From Clostridia bacterium (lineage in GTDB: Bacteria > Bacillota > Clostridia > Oscillospirales > CAG-272): a stretch of DNA of 64,000 nucleotides. The translations under genes and the position numbers were made by a program. The stretch lies in the NCBI GenBank assembly GCA_017556745.1, contig JAFYMF010000057.1:3485-67484 (forward strand), given 5' to 3'. Positions 39,619 through 50,359 of this stretch are shown here, in pieces. The notes beneath the pieces were generated by a model. That model worked only from the letters and a program-made list of their open reading frames with translations. It searched no databases and was not told the DNA's origin. The stretch's first letter is position 1. Each line of letters starts with the position of its first letter.

Positions 39619-41115
39619 TTATTCCTCCGCCGAAAAGAACTTTTCGATCTCGAGGTTTTTCTCTGCAAGAGCTATTTCTCTGTCTGCACTTAGATATTCG
39701 TATGGATATTTAGGATTAAATATTCGTACAATCTTGGAATTAGTAACAACAAGACCGTCATTTCTCGTAAGTTTTGTTACTGCACCGGCTCCCGCACCAA
39801 ATACGGGATGTATCTCCTCCATCATAAAAATGTTATAGAGTCCTTCTGCACCCTCAAGTGCAAAGCCTACGTTTTCAAAATTACCTACAGTATTCTTATT
39901 TCTGTACATATAGTAAGGTTTATATTTTGCATTTTTAGCCTTTACCTGAGAATAATCAACACTCATTCCTGCATCCCCTCCGGTAAGAGAAAACACATCT
40001 GTCTCACTTCTGAGTATGTCAGATGCCTTCTTTACGCAGAATGTATGGAATGTGATGTTGTCAGGACGAAGCTCTATGATCTTATCAACAGTGCGGGAGA
40101 AACTTATGAAATCTTCGCCCGGAAGCCCTGCTATGAGATCTGTATTTATGTGGGAAATACCTGAATTAACGGCAATATCGTAAGCTCTGTAGAAATCATC
40201 CACGGTATGATGTCGGCCAATATTCTTCAAAACATCGTCATTAAGTGTTTGCGGATTAACACTGAAACGGGTTATCCCATGCAACTTTGCCACGGCAAGC
40301 TTTTCAGCAGTTATAGTATCGGGGCGTCCACCCTCCAGTGTATACTCCATGAGAGATGTCACGTCAACATTCTCCTCAATCGCGGTAAGAAGAAAATCGA
40401 GTTCTTTCTCGCTAAGTATGGTAGGAGTACCGCCGCCAATATATACCGTTGCTACTTCAAGACATGCACGTTTTATGGTTGCAAACATCTCGACTATCTC
40501 TTGTTTAAGAGCAATAAGATAATCGGGAATCAGAGATAAAAGCTTCTCTGAGGTATATGAAACAAATGAACAATACGCACAGCGTGAAGGGCAAAACGGA
40601 ATAGATATATATACACTACATCTTTTTCTGGGAAGTTTCTTTATTATCTTTATCTCGTTTGATGCCACATCAGTAACAAGAGTTGCTTTTTTGGGATTAA
40701 GAAAATATTCTGAACGTAACAGTCTCTTGGTTTTTTGTACTCCAAGTCCTGCAAGAAGATATTCACTGGCAACCTTTGCGGGTCTGACACCGGTAAGTAT
40801 TCCCCATGACGGAGTTATACCGAAGAACTTCTCACCTGCATCAAATATTGCCTTGCCTGAAGATATTTTGGCAATTCTACCCTTGGTAAACCCATCTTTA
40901 TACTCGGTAAAATTCTCGGCAGAACAGACTTTATCTCCTCTTTTTATTGAAACCGAGGTAAAAACACCATCCTCGCGTTCTTCAAGCAAAAGATCAACTA
41001 TAGGTGTCTCAGGACCTGCCTCTTCACTCTCAGAGAACTTTGCCCCCGGGAAGAAAAGCATACAAAGTGTCTGGACGTAATATTTATTTATATTACCTTT
41101 AACTGTAAGAATCAT
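39619..41115 (-). CDS. hemZ: HemN-family radical SAM protein, HemZ-type
   Basis: 498 aa with CxxxCxxC (CPSRCAYC) at about residue 175, after a long N-terminal extension, plus a HemN-like C-terminal domain. Confidence 0.65.
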   Translation of the reverse strand: MILTVKGNINKYYVQTLCMLFFPGAKFSESEEAGPETPIVDLLLEEREDGVFTSVSIKRGDKVCSAENFTEYKDGFTKGRIAKISSGKAIFDAGEKFFGITPSWGILTGVRPAKVASEYLLAGLGVQKTKRLLRSEYFLNPKKATLVTDVASNEIKIIKKLPRKRCSVYISIPFCPSRCAYCSFVSYTSEKLLSLIPDYLIALKQEIVEMFATIKRACLEVATVYIGGGTPTILSEKELDFLLTAIEENVDVTSLMEYTLEGGRPDTITAEKLAVAKLHGITRFSVNPQTLNDDVLKNIGRHHTVDDFYRAYDIAVNSGISHINTDLIAGLPGEDFISFSRTVDKIIELRPDNITFHTFCVKKASDILRSETDVFSLTGGDAGMSVDYSQVKAKNAKYKPYYMYRNKNTVGNFENVGFALEGAEGLYNIFMMEEIHPVFGAGAGAVTKLTRNDGLVVTNSKIVRIFNPKYPYEYLSADREIALAEKNLEIEKFFSAEE

Positions 41116-41125
41116 TTGCCTACAC

Positions 41126-41581
41126 TCACTTTTTCCTTAAAACTTCGCTGTCCATAACTATAGTAACAGGGCCATCATTAAGGAGGTCAACTTTCATATC
41201 CGCCCCGAATTCTCCGCATTCAACCTTAGGAATATCCTTGCGGACACATGCAAGAAAATATTCGTACAGTTTATTTGCCTTTTCCGGAGGGGCAGAAAGA
41301 AGAAAATTAGGTCTGTTACCGTGATGATAATCTGCATATAAAGTGAAATTGGATATAACAAGAAGAGATCCGCCGACGTCTCCGAGGGCGAGATTCATCT
41401 TTTCATTCTCGTCCTCAAATATTCTCAACTTAACTATTTTTGCAGCCAGGAGTTCTGCATCCTTTTCATCATCCTCCTGCCCGACACCGAGAAGCACAAG
41501 AAAACCGTTATCTATACTTCCCTTTACTTTTCCGTCAATTGTTACACTCGCACGGGTAACTCTCTGTATTACTGCTCTCAT
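41126..41581 (-). CDS. dtd: D-aminoacyl-tRNA deacylase
   Basis: 151 aa with MRAVIQRV...GFLVLLGVG...SNFTLYAD, typical of Dtd. Lies downstream of rel, as in many Firmicutes. Confidence 0.95.
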   Translation of the reverse strand: MRAVIQRVTRASVTIDGKVKGSIDNGFLVLLGVGQEDDEKDAELLAAKIVKLRIFEDENEKMNLALGDVGGSLLVISNFTLYADYHHGNRPNFLLSAPPEKANKLYEYFLACVRKDIPKVECGEFGADMKVDLLNDGPVTIVMDSEVLRKK

Positions 41582-41601
41582 AAAATAAAATTCCTTTTCT
41601 A

Positions 41602-43863
41602 TCAGGTTCTTCCTCTGTAGATGTCGTCAATTCCGTTTATATTCTTAAGTCGTGCAACTATACTGTGACAGTGTTCAATATTCTTACACGCGACAGTGAT
41701 ATTAAGAACAACGGTATAAGCGGTCCTCTTCATAGTGTTTATTTGAAGAAGCGGTACTTTCATCTCAGCAAGCAAAGTTGAAATATCTGCAATGAGCAAG
41801 GCTCTGTCTTCTGCATGTATCTGAAGAAGAACCTCGTACATATCTTCAACAGAAGATGACTGAGATACAGATGATTCCCAATGTGCGATTACCCATCTAT
41901 CATCATTTTCTACGTTTCTTCTGGCATTTATAACATTGGGACAATCATGCTTGTGTATCGAAACACCAAATCCCTTGGTAATAAATCCGATGATTTTGTC
42001 CCCAGGAAGCGGATTACAGCACTTTGCAAGCTTGACCTGACAACCGCTCTCACCGTCGATAATAATACCGCCAGATTTACTCTTAGGCTTACGTGGAATA
42101 GGGATAAGCTCTTTTTCAGTAATCTCGTCTCTATTGTCAAGAGGGTTAATTACCTTATCAAATTCATCTCTCAGTCGAGTTGATATTTTTGCAACAGATA
42201 CCGCACCGTAACCGATAGCACTGTAAAGATCATCTACTTCATTGATTCCCATTCTCTCGGCAACGTGAGCCGCAATCTCATTACGCTGAGCTTCAGTATA
42301 GTCTCTGTTATATTTGCGGAACTCGCGATCGATCTCAGCTTTACCTACAACGATATTCTCGCTACGCTGTTCTTTCTTGAACCACTGACGAATCTTATTT
42401 CTTGCTTCGCTCGTCTGAACTATCTTCAGCCAATCACGGCTGGGTCCCTTTGAAGACGAAGAAGTAAGGATCTGAACTATCTCACCGTTCTGAAGCTTTC
42501 TATCAATAGGAGCAATCATACCGTTGACCTTGGCACCTATCATTCTATTACCAATGGCAGAATGTATGGAGTATGCAAAGTCAATGATAGTTGCACCGAG
42601 AGGAAGGGATATAACATCTCCCTTGGGAGTAAACACAAATATCTCGTCGTGGAATATATCCACCTTGAGAGCCTGCATAAACTCCTCAGGATCCCTTGTA
42701 TCATCCTCAGTTTCAATAAGCTTAGCAACCCAAGAAAGTTTTTCATCTATTTCCTGTTTGCTTCTTTCACCGGTTTTGTATTTCCAATGGGCTGCAACAC
42801 CGTACTCAGCTATACGATGCATTTCACGTGTTCGTATCTGAACCTCGAAAGGAATTCCGTCTCTACCGATAACAGTGGTATGAAGCGAACGGTACATGTT
42901 TGGCTTGGGAGTAGATATATAATCCTTAAACCGGCCCGGCATAGAATTATATATCTCATGTATAATACCGAGAGAACTATAACATTCAAGCTCTGTATCA
43001 ACGATTATCCTCAGTGCATAAAAGTCATATATCTCATCAAAGCTCTTGTTCTGGTTATACATCTTGCGGTAGATACTGTAAACAGATTTCACTCTTCCCT
43101 CAAGTGTAAAGTGAATACCGTTCTCAGTCAACTTTTCCGACACATGTGCCTTTGCATTTTCAATAAAGCATTGATTTGTTCCGTACTTCTTGTCTATGTC
43201 ATCTCTGACTTCTTCATAGCCGATAGGATCAAGGAATGAAAGTGCGAGATTTTCAAGCTCTTGTTTTATTCTCTGCATACCGAGACGGTGAGCAAGAGGT
43301 GCATAAACATGCATTGTCTCAAGAGCAGTAACTCTCTGCTTTCCCTCTGACTTTGCACTAAGAGTACGCATGTTGTGAAGTCTGTCACAGAGTTTTATAA
43401 AGATAACTCGGATATCCTTTGCCATCGCAAGAAGCATCTTGCGAAGGTTCTCCATATGAGCCTCTTCCTTGTCCTCTACCTCAAGGCGGATTATCTTGGT
43501 AAGTCCGTCAACAAGAAGAGCAACATCTTCACCGAACTTTTTCTTTATATCGTTTACATCGGTTTTATCGTTACAGTCTTCAACCGTATCATGAAGAAAT
43601 GCCGCACACAAGCTATCTGTATCAAGACCAAGGCTTGCACAAATTTCCGCCACCGCGATAGGATGTGTTATATAAGGGTCGCCGCTTTTTCTAAACTGCT
43701 CTTTGTGAAGCTCTTTAGCATACAAAAAAGCTCGTTTAATCTTATCAATGTCATATTTATAGTCAGAATCTTCTATTGTTTGAAGAAAATTCTTTATCAT
43801 ATCAAACTCGGTTTGCGGCACATTCAAAGAAATATCTTTATCCATATAGAATCGGATCTCCAA
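41602..43863 (-). CDS. relA: bifunctional (p)ppGpp synthetase/hydrolase (RelA/SpoT family)
   Basis: 753 aa with the HD hydrolase motif (FLHDTVED), a synthetase domain, TGS and C-terminal ACT-like domains. Confidence 0.95.
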   Translation of the reverse strand: MEIRFYMDKDISLNVPQTEFDMIKNFLQTIEDSDYKYDIDKIKRAFLYAKELHKEQFRKSGDPYITHPIAVAEICASLGLDTDSLCAAFLHDTVEDCNDKTDVNDIKKKFGEDVALLVDGLTKIIRLEVEDKEEAHMENLRKMLLAMAKDIRVIFIKLCDRLHNMRTLSAKSEGKQRVTALETMHVYAPLAHRLGMQRIKQELENLALSFLDPIGYEEVRDDIDKKYGTNQCFIENAKAHVSEKLTENGIHFTLEGRVKSVYSIYRKMYNQNKSFDEIYDFYALRIIVDTELECYSSLGIIHEIYNSMPGRFKDYISTPKPNMYRSLHTTVIGRDGIPFEVQIRTREMHRIAEYGVAAHWKYKTGERSKQEIDEKLSWVAKLIETEDDTRDPEEFMQALKVDIFHDEIFVFTPKGDVISLPLGATIIDFAYSIHSAIGNRMIGAKVNGMIAPIDRKLQNGEIVQILTSSSSKGPSRDWLKIVQTSEARNKIRQWFKKEQRSENIVVGKAEIDREFRKYNRDYTEAQRNEIAAHVAERMGINEVDDLYSAIGYGAVSVAKISTRLRDEFDKVINPLDNRDEITEKELIPIPRKPKSKSGGIIIDGESGCQVKLAKCCNPLPGDKIIGFITKGFGVSIHKHDCPNVINARRNVENDDRWVIAHWESSVSQSSSVEDMYEVLLQIHAEDRALLIADISTLLAEMKVPLLQINTMKRTAYTVVLNITVACKNIEHCHSIVARLKNINGIDDIYRGRT

Positions 43864-43869
43864 TCAAAA

Positions 43870-46032
43870 TTACGAACTTAATTTCTTTTTCAGTTCATTT
43901 AATATCTTGGATCTGGTAAGATCAACTTTTACCGAAGAATCTCTGAGACCGTACTTAAAGATTTCATCATTCTCGGGATAATAGTCAACAAGTCCCATCT
44001 CAGAAAAAATATCCATAATAAATCTGAGTTTTATCATTCCAACACCGCTATTCATGCTAAGCGTACGGAATCCACAAGTATCAACACCTTCATACCTGTC
44101 ACGCCTAAGGGCTGTGTAGGCTGCTGCAAATTCTTCACGTGTAGGAATAATATCATCTGCCGATAATGCTTTGCCATCTTGCATTATACTGCGGTAAAGA
44201 GATGAATGCTTCTCATAAACAGTTCTGTCAGCATCAGACAAAGCAATATCCCTAACAATAAGCTGAAGTGTCTTTACATTCTGGTATTCATTTATATCTA
44301 TGCTGAAAACAATATCAACACAGTCTCCTCGCATAATATCAAGCTCGCGAGCAGTGGTACCAAAGCATAGAGCCGGAAAAGAGATATCATCACGCCCTAA
44401 AGTCAACTTTGTGTGTCGGTTTGACCCGATAGGTAATATATCGTAAACCGACATATTACGCATCATAAACAATGGAGCCGGATTCGATACACCGTGAGGC
44501 TCAAGAGCATAAAGTTCTTTTGCAAGATCCATGGTCATATCTTGTGGTTCTACCTCAAGTTCAGCAACAAGAGACGGGATTCCACTTCCGTCGGGATATG
44601 TATTCTCAACATAATGATTAATACATTTCTTGAAATTTTCAAGAGTAGACTTATCTATAGTAAGACCTGCTGCAAGAGCATGTCCTCCATATTTAAGTAA
44701 AAGATCCTGGGAATTACTGAGTGCATCAACAAGATTGATATCACCAACACTTCTTCCGCTTCCCTTACCGATGGAATTATCCCCACCCTCAAACGAAATA
44801 AGGATCGTGGGTTTTCCGTATTTCTCAGATATTCTGGACGCGACTATTCCAATGATTCCCTGATGCCAATTCTCGTCAGAAAGAACTATTACCCTATCAT
44901 TTTCTGTATCACACTCAACAGCTATTTTCTGAGAAGCTTCTTCGGTTATTTTATTCTCTTCTTCCTGGCGACGACGATTAATATCACAAAGCTCACGTGC
45001 AAGAGAATGTGCTTTTACAGGATTATTCTCAAGCAGAAGCTCCACTGCTACCGTAGCATCACTGATTCTCCCGGCTGCATTTATACGAGGTGCAAGTGTG
45101 AATCCTATATATCCGGAGGTTATCTTTTTATTCTTATTTATTTTAGATGTTCTACCGTCACTTCCGTCACCTGAATTTGCGGCGGTAACCAACGCTTCTA
45201 TGCCTGTTCTTTGTTTCTGATTAAGAATTCCGAGTCCAAGGCTAACAATAAGACGGTTTTCATCTATTATTGGCATAACGTCAGCAACAGTACCTATTGA
45301 AACAAGATCACAGTATTCATAACAAATACGTCTTATAGAATCAATTGGCTTTTTATCACTGTTAAAATAACACTCAAGAGCACATACCAGTTTAAATATA
45401 ACACCAACACCGGCAAGCTCTTTGAATGGGTAATTGCAATCATTTCTGTGAGGATTTACAACAGCAACAGCGGCAGGTAAAACCTCTCTACACTCATGGT
45501 GATCGGTGACGATAACGTCAACACCGCGAGAAGAAGCATATGCTACCTCATCACATGCGGTAATACCTGTGTCGACAGTTATAATAAGCTGTACTCCGTC
45601 ATTTATTAAGTTGTCAATAGTCCCCCTCGCAAGTCCATAACCATCAGAAAATCGACTTGGAATAAAATAAGATGCATCAGCACCTACAGAATCAAGATAA
45701 AGCTTCAGCACAGACACAGACGTAACACCGTCAACATCATAGTCACCGTAAATTACTATTTTTTCTTTTTTCTTTACCGCTTCAGCAATTCTTTCTACGG
45801 CCTTGTCCATGTCGGCCATAATAAACGGATCATAAAATGACTCCGTTCTCTTTTCAAGAAAATCGCTTGCAGCATCTTTTGTGTCAAATCCCCTGTTAAT
45901 TACTATCTGTGTAAAAATCTCGCTATACCCTATATCCGCAGCAAGAGACGAGACTCTTTCTCTGCATCCCGCGAAATCATCACACTTAAGCGTCCAGTTT
46001 CTTTTAATACCGGGCGCATTAATCTTCCCCAT
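43870..46032 (-). CDS. recJ: single-stranded-DNA-specific exonuclease RecJ
   Basis: 720 aa with DHH family motifs (GDYDVDGVTS, VTDHHE) and a DHHA1 GGH motif (YGGHALAAG). Confidence 0.9.
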   Translation of the reverse strand: MGKINAPGIKRNWTLKCDDFAGCRERVSSLAADIGYSEIFTQIVINRGFDTKDAASDFLEKRTESFYDPFIMADMDKAVERIAEAVKKKEKIVIYGDYDVDGVTSVSVLKLYLDSVGADASYFIPSRFSDGYGLARGTIDNLINDGVQLIITVDTGITACDEVAYASSRGVDVIVTDHHECREVLPAAVAVVNPHRNDCNYPFKELAGVGVIFKLVCALECYFNSDKKPIDSIRRICYEYCDLVSIGTVADVMPIIDENRLIVSLGLGILNQKQRTGIEALVTAANSGDGSDGRTSKINKNKKITSGYIGFTLAPRINAAGRISDATVAVELLLENNPVKAHSLARELCDINRRRQEEENKITEEASQKIAVECDTENDRVIVLSDENWHQGIIGIVASRISEKYGKPTILISFEGGDNSIGKGSGRSVGDINLVDALSNSQDLLLKYGGHALAAGLTIDKSTLENFKKCINHYVENTYPDGSGIPSLVAELEVEPQDMTMDLAKELYALEPHGVSNPAPLFMMRNMSVYDILPIGSNRHTKLTLGRDDISFPALCFGTTARELDIMRGDCVDIVFSIDINEYQNVKTLQLIVRDIALSDADRTVYEKHSSLYRSIMQDGKALSADDIIPTREEFAAAYTALRRDRYEGVDTCGFRTLSMNSGVGMIKLRFIMDIFSEMGLVDYYPENDEIFKYGLRDSSVKVDLTRSKILNELKKKLSS

Positions 46033-46058
46033 TGTAAATATATCTCCATTTTTATTTA

Positions 46059-46508
46059 TTACTTAACAATATCCGTATTATCCTTACAAACCGAAACAAT
46101 ACGAATCATTTTCTTATTTGCTGTAGACCTGTCCAAAGTAAAATGAATCACTAAAAAAGTAAGAATAATTACAGCAACGGATGCAAGTGCCAATACAGCA
46201 GTAATGTCAATAAATAATGACACAACGAAATAGCAAATCAAACCTATAAGTATCGGAAGAATAAATACTACTGCAGAGTAAAAAAGGACGGTCCTTGAGG
46301 GAGTAGAAATATAAACTACATCTCCGGGATTTGCACCTACCTCATTCACTGCAGTAGCAGTCATCTTTCTTTTAAGATCAAATAGGGAGCAGGCTACACA
46401 GCCCTCTCCCTCTTTGAGTTTATGACATCCTTCGCAAGCTGTTACTCTTGCTACCTCTATTACAGCGCTGTCCCCCTTAGTTGACAACACGAGTGCCTTT
46501 TGTTTCAT
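46059..46508 (-). CDS. RseC/MucC family (SoxR-reducing system) membrane protein
   Basis: 149 aa with an N-terminal Cys cluster (CEGCHK...GCVAC) followed by two TM helices, which is the RseC layout. Its ATG overlaps the upstream stop (TAATG). Confidence 0.7.
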   Translation of the reverse strand: MKQKALVLSTKGDSAVIEVARVTACEGCHKLKEGEGCVACSLFDLKRKMTATAVNEVGANPGDVVYISTPSRTVLFYSAVVFILPILIGLICYFVVSLFIDITAVLALASVAVIILTFLVIHFTLDRSTANKKMIRIVSVCKDNTDIVK

Positions 46509-48115
46509 TATGCGTGATCCTTTTTTCCATATTTCAGTGACAACGCCGACGCTACCTTGAGTCCATCGATCGCGGCACTTGTTATTCCGCCGGCATATCC
46601 TGCGCCCTCGCCTGCGGGGTAAATATTATCGTATCCCAATGCAGAATAATCTTCATTTCTCAGTATTCTTACAGGAGCAGAAGTACGTGTCTCCGGGGCA
46701 GTAAGAATAGCATCTTCTCTATCATATCCTACAATTTTCTTGCCGAAATCAACAATTCCTTCTTTAAGACATTCAATAACGAAAGAAGGCAGAACCTTAT
46801 CAAAACCGCAATATTTTACTTTCCCATCGCGGTAAGTGGGTGTTATATAAGCAGAACCTCTTCCTGTTACATTACCGCGAAGGAAATCACCTACTGTTTG
46901 TGCGGGTGCGGAATAATCACCGCCACCAACAGAAAACGCAGCTTTCTCTATCTTTCTCTGAAACGCGATAGCCTCTCTCGGTGTACCGCCGTAATCCTCT
47001 CTCGTAACTGAAACAGCGATAGCCGCATTGGCATTTCTGCCGTCACGACTGTAACAGCTCATACCGTTGGTAACTACCCCGTTTTCCTCTGATGCGGCAG
47101 CAACTACCTCACCACCCGGACACATGCAGAAAGTATATACTCCTCTGTCTGCGCATCTATGAGACAATGTATATTCTGCATGCGGTACTCCGGGAATACC
47201 CGCAAACCGACCGAACATCGCACTGTCAATATCAGACTGAAGATGCTCAATTCTGACTCCTACCGAAAAAGGCTTGGCTTCAACACTATATCCGTCATCG
47301 ATCAGATATTCATACGTATCTCTTGCACTGTGTCCTACCGCAAGGACAATGGCACTACAACCGATCTTTCTTCCATCTGCAAGAGTTACACTCTTAGCAG
47401 AGGCAGCAGAAGTCTCGATAGAAACCATTTTTGAATTATATAAAACAGCTCCGCCCAGCTCCTCAATTCTGTGTGCGATATTTTTCACCACACCAAGAAG
47501 CTTATCTGTACCAATATGAGGTTTTGCAAGATATGCTATTTCCTCCGGGGCTCCAAATTCAATAAGTCGCTTGAGTACATATGAACAAAGCTCATCATTT
47601 ATTCTGGTTACAAGCTTACCGTCTGAAAAGGTTCCGGCGCCGCCTGCGCCAAACTGGATATTTGACTCGGGGGATAATAATCCCTCAGTCTTAAACCGGC
47701 TGACAGCCTTTACTCTTTCTGCGACAGAACCTCCGCGCTCAACTACTATAGGTCGATAACCGGCCTCAGCCAAAACAAGAGCGGAAAACATACCTGCAGG
47801 CCCAAAACCCACAATTACCGGTGGGGATAAAGACTTATCGGCCGGGCATAACTTTGGTTCTGCGGGGATTGACACCGCGGTAATACAATGTTTCTTTAAA
47901 ATACCGTCTGATAAACCATTTCCTGAATGATCAGCAAGAACAGATGCAACATATTTAACATCATTTCTTTTGCGTGCATCCACCGAAAGCTTTGAAATTC
48001 TGAAATCACAAAATTCTCTGCTTACACGAAGAAAGCTTTTTTTGGCTTCTTCAACTATTTCGTTGTGTGATAAAGTAACCGGCACTTTTACACCGGAAAG
48101 TAAAAATTGTCTCAA
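46508..48115 (-). CDS. FAD-dependent oxidoreductase of unknown function (COG2509-like)
   Basis: 535 aa with dinucleotide-binding motif VGFGPAGMFSALVLAEAG and a second GAGGAGTFSDGK motif. Confidence 0.75.
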   Translation of the reverse strand: MRQFLLSGVKVPVTLSHNEIVEEAKKSFLRVSREFCDFRISKLSVDARKRNDVKYVASVLADHSGNGLSDGILKKHCITAVSIPAEPKLCPADKSLSPPVIVGFGPAGMFSALVLAEAGYRPIVVERGGSVAERVKAVSRFKTEGLLSPESNIQFGAGGAGTFSDGKLVTRINDELCSYVLKRLIEFGAPEEIAYLAKPHIGTDKLLGVVKNIAHRIEELGGAVLYNSKMVSIETSAASAKSVTLADGRKIGCSAIVLAVGHSARDTYEYLIDDGYSVEAKPFSVGVRIEHLQSDIDSAMFGRFAGIPGVPHAEYTLSHRCADRGVYTFCMCPGGEVVAAASEENGVVTNGMSCYSRDGRNANAAIAVSVTREDYGGTPREAIAFQRKIEKAAFSVGGGDYSAPAQTVGDFLRGNVTGRGSAYITPTYRDGKVKYCGFDKVLPSFVIECLKEGIVDFGKKIVGYDREDAILTAPETRTSAPVRILRNEDYSALGYDNIYPAGEGAGYAGGITSAAIDGLKVASALSLKYGKKDHA

Positions 48116-48116
48116 A

Positions 48117-49433
48117 TTATTTGACCCTTAACTGTATTTTGTATGTACCGATCACTTGAATAGGATCGGCAACGTCATCAATAACGGTAACCACAGAAAC
48201 AGGAACATAGTCTATATCACCGGGATTAAGAGTAACCGAACTCAAATCAGCAGTAACTATTACGTTTGTTGTGTTCAACATATTGAGATATTCCCGTCTT
48301 CCCTTGAAAAGAATCTCAAGATTTTCGGTAACGATCTCATAGTCAACACCTGCGGTATTTTTGAGATAGAAATCACTGATCACTATCTTGGTCGTTTCAG
48401 CATTCTTATGCTTTATCTCAATTGTTACGGTTTCAATCGAATCAACATTCTCGATTCCCTTGGGAAGATTTATCTTTTCACTTACCGTAATATCTGACGA
48501 AACATTCTTCTCATCTATGACAACTGTATATTGATTCATAGCGGCAAGAGCGTCAACATCACCCTTTACCCGAATAATCTCAGGGGTAATTTTTACGCTG
48601 ACATTCGAACTATTATAAATACCGTTTTTGAACGACACAGAAATAGGAAGATCTTTGTAGGTATATACAGGCACGGTAACCTTCATTGAATCCTGTGGAA
48701 TCTTTATAAACTGATTTGTTATCTTATTGCCGGAAGCATCGACCAACTGTATAATACCACTGGCAGTAACTGTTCCTGTAAGCTGTCCGAGATCACCTAC
48801 AACCACCTCTGCACGGTCAATATTGGTAAGAACAGTTATAGGACCAGAAACACTGATTTCTGAAATTTCAGGCACAAGATTACCGAGAACATAATCGAGA
48901 GAAATATTGTAAGTGGTGAGTTTGGGAACAACGCTTACCATTATTGACGATGTCTTGTCAACAGCAACAGTAACATTATCCGGTGATACAGAAGTTACTG
49001 TTATTCCCTCAGGAACATCAACGTGGACATCAAGAGCATACTTTCCCGCATTACTTATCTCTGAAATATCCACATATGCAGAGATATCAGATTTTTCAAG
49101 ATTGACAACATCCCTTTTAGTACCATGGACAGTTACATCTACCATATGACCCTGTCCACTGACAACAGACATACCTGTAGCATTCTCAAGCTCTGTTGCA
49201 CCAACTATTGAAACAGTGACAGATTTAAATGTCATCTCATAATCAGGAGAATCGTTGGACATAACGTAGAGCCATATCAAGAAAGCACCAAGTAAACAGA
49301 GGCACTTAATTATTATATTACCGGCAGTATTCCTCTTTACCTCGGTTTGTACAGAAGTATTACCAACGGAGCTGACTGTTCTTCCGCTATTATCGTTTTT
49401 CACAGATTCACTCTCCTCTCCGTTATCTTTCAT
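48117..49433 (-). CDS. cdaR: CdaA regulatory protein CdaR (YbbR-domain protein)
   Basis: 438 aa with an N-terminal TM followed by repeated beta-rich YbbR-like modules. Its start overlaps the cdaA stop by 11 nt. Confidence 0.75.
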   Translation of the reverse strand: MKDNGEESESVKNDNSGRTVSSVGNTSVQTEVKRNTAGNIIIKCLCLLGAFLIWLYVMSNDSPDYEMTFKSVTVSIVGATELENATGMSVVSGQGHMVDVTVHGTKRDVVNLEKSDISAYVDISEISNAGKYALDVHVDVPEGITVTSVSPDNVTVAVDKTSSIMVSVVPKLTTYNISLDYVLGNLVPEISEISVSGPITVLTNIDRAEVVVGDLGQLTGTVTASGIIQLVDASGNKITNQFIKIPQDSMKVTVPVYTYKDLPISVSFKNGIYNSSNVSVKITPEIIRVKGDVDALAAMNQYTVVIDEKNVSSDITVSEKINLPKGIENVDSIETVTIEIKHKNAETTKIVISDFYLKNTAGVDYEIVTENLEILFKGRREYLNMLNTTNVIVTADLSSVTLNPGDIDYVPVSVVTVIDDVADPIQVIGTYKIQLRVK

Positions 49434-50319
49434 CGTTATCTTTTGATCCCGTCCTTACAGAATCCTTTTTACGAACTATCTTACCACGCATTTTACGAAT
49501 ATGGTTCTCATCAACCAAGAGCTTTTCAAGCTCAGCTTTAAGCATATTTAAGGTATACCCACGCTTAAGCTTTCCGTCAAGTGCCAAAGAAACAACCCCG
49601 TTTTCTTCGGAAACACAAATCACAGCAGCATCACTGTTCTCGCTCATACCTATCGCCGCTCTATGACGAGTACCCAAATCCTTGATTATCTCATCATTTG
49701 TAGAAAGCGGTAAAAAACAACCTGCGGCGTAGAGACGACCATCTCTTATTATCATTGCTCCATCGTGAAGAGGAGCTTTGTTGAAAAATATATTTCTTAT
49801 CAAAAACGAACTAATGCTGGAGTCGATAACAGTACCAGATTTAATAACGTCTCCCAATTTAGTATTGCGTTCAATTACGATAAGAGCACCTGTCTTTTCT
49901 TCAGCCATTTCAAAAACAGCAGTACAAACCTCGCCGATATTGGAATTGATCTGAGTCAGATCACGCTGTTCACGTATGTTCTTAAGGTTTTTAAGAGGAT
50001 CTCTACCAACCTCCTCAAGTACCGAACGAATCTCAGGCTGAAAAAGTATAATAAGCGCAAGGATTCCCACCTGCACAACATTTTTGAGCAAAAATTTTAT
50101 CGCGTGCATTTCAAGAAGTTCCGACAGAACAAGCACAACAATAAATAAAATTATTCCGACAGCAAGCCTTCCCGCACGTCTGTCGTGAATAAACTTATAT
50201 GCATAATACAGAATTACAGAAAGAAGCAATATATCAACAACATCAATAACTGTCATAGATAAAATCTGACGCCATATTGACATGAAAAATGATGCTGCAT
50301 TAGCCAAAAAATCAGTCAT
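49423..50319 (-). CDS. cdaA: diadenylate cyclase CdaA
   Basis: Has three N-terminal TM helices and DAC-domain motifs (DGAMIIRDG, TRHRAAIG). I place the start at ATG 50319 (MTDFLAN...), not at the ORF-track start of 50460. AGGAGGT lies 11 nt upstream of 50319, and a strong promoter (50360-50388) lies inside the longer ORF. Confidence 0.9.
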   Translation of the reverse strand: MTDFLANAASFFMSIWRQILSMTVIDVVDILLLSVILYYAYKFIHDRRAGRLAVGIILFIVVLVLSELLEMHAIKFLLKNVVQVGILALIILFQPEIRSVLEEVGRDPLKNLKNIREQRDLTQINSNIGEVCTAVFEMAEEKTGALIVIERNTKLGDVIKSGTVIDSSISSFLIRNIFFNKAPLHDGAMIIRDGRLYAAGCFLPLSTNDEIIKDLGTRHRAAIGMSENSDAAVICVSEENGVVSLALDGKLKRGYTLNMLKAELEKLLVDENHIRKMRGKIVRKKDSVRTGSKDNDER

Positions 50320-50359
50320 TTCTCGGAAAGACCTCCTATCCGAATATTTTCCTGTATAT

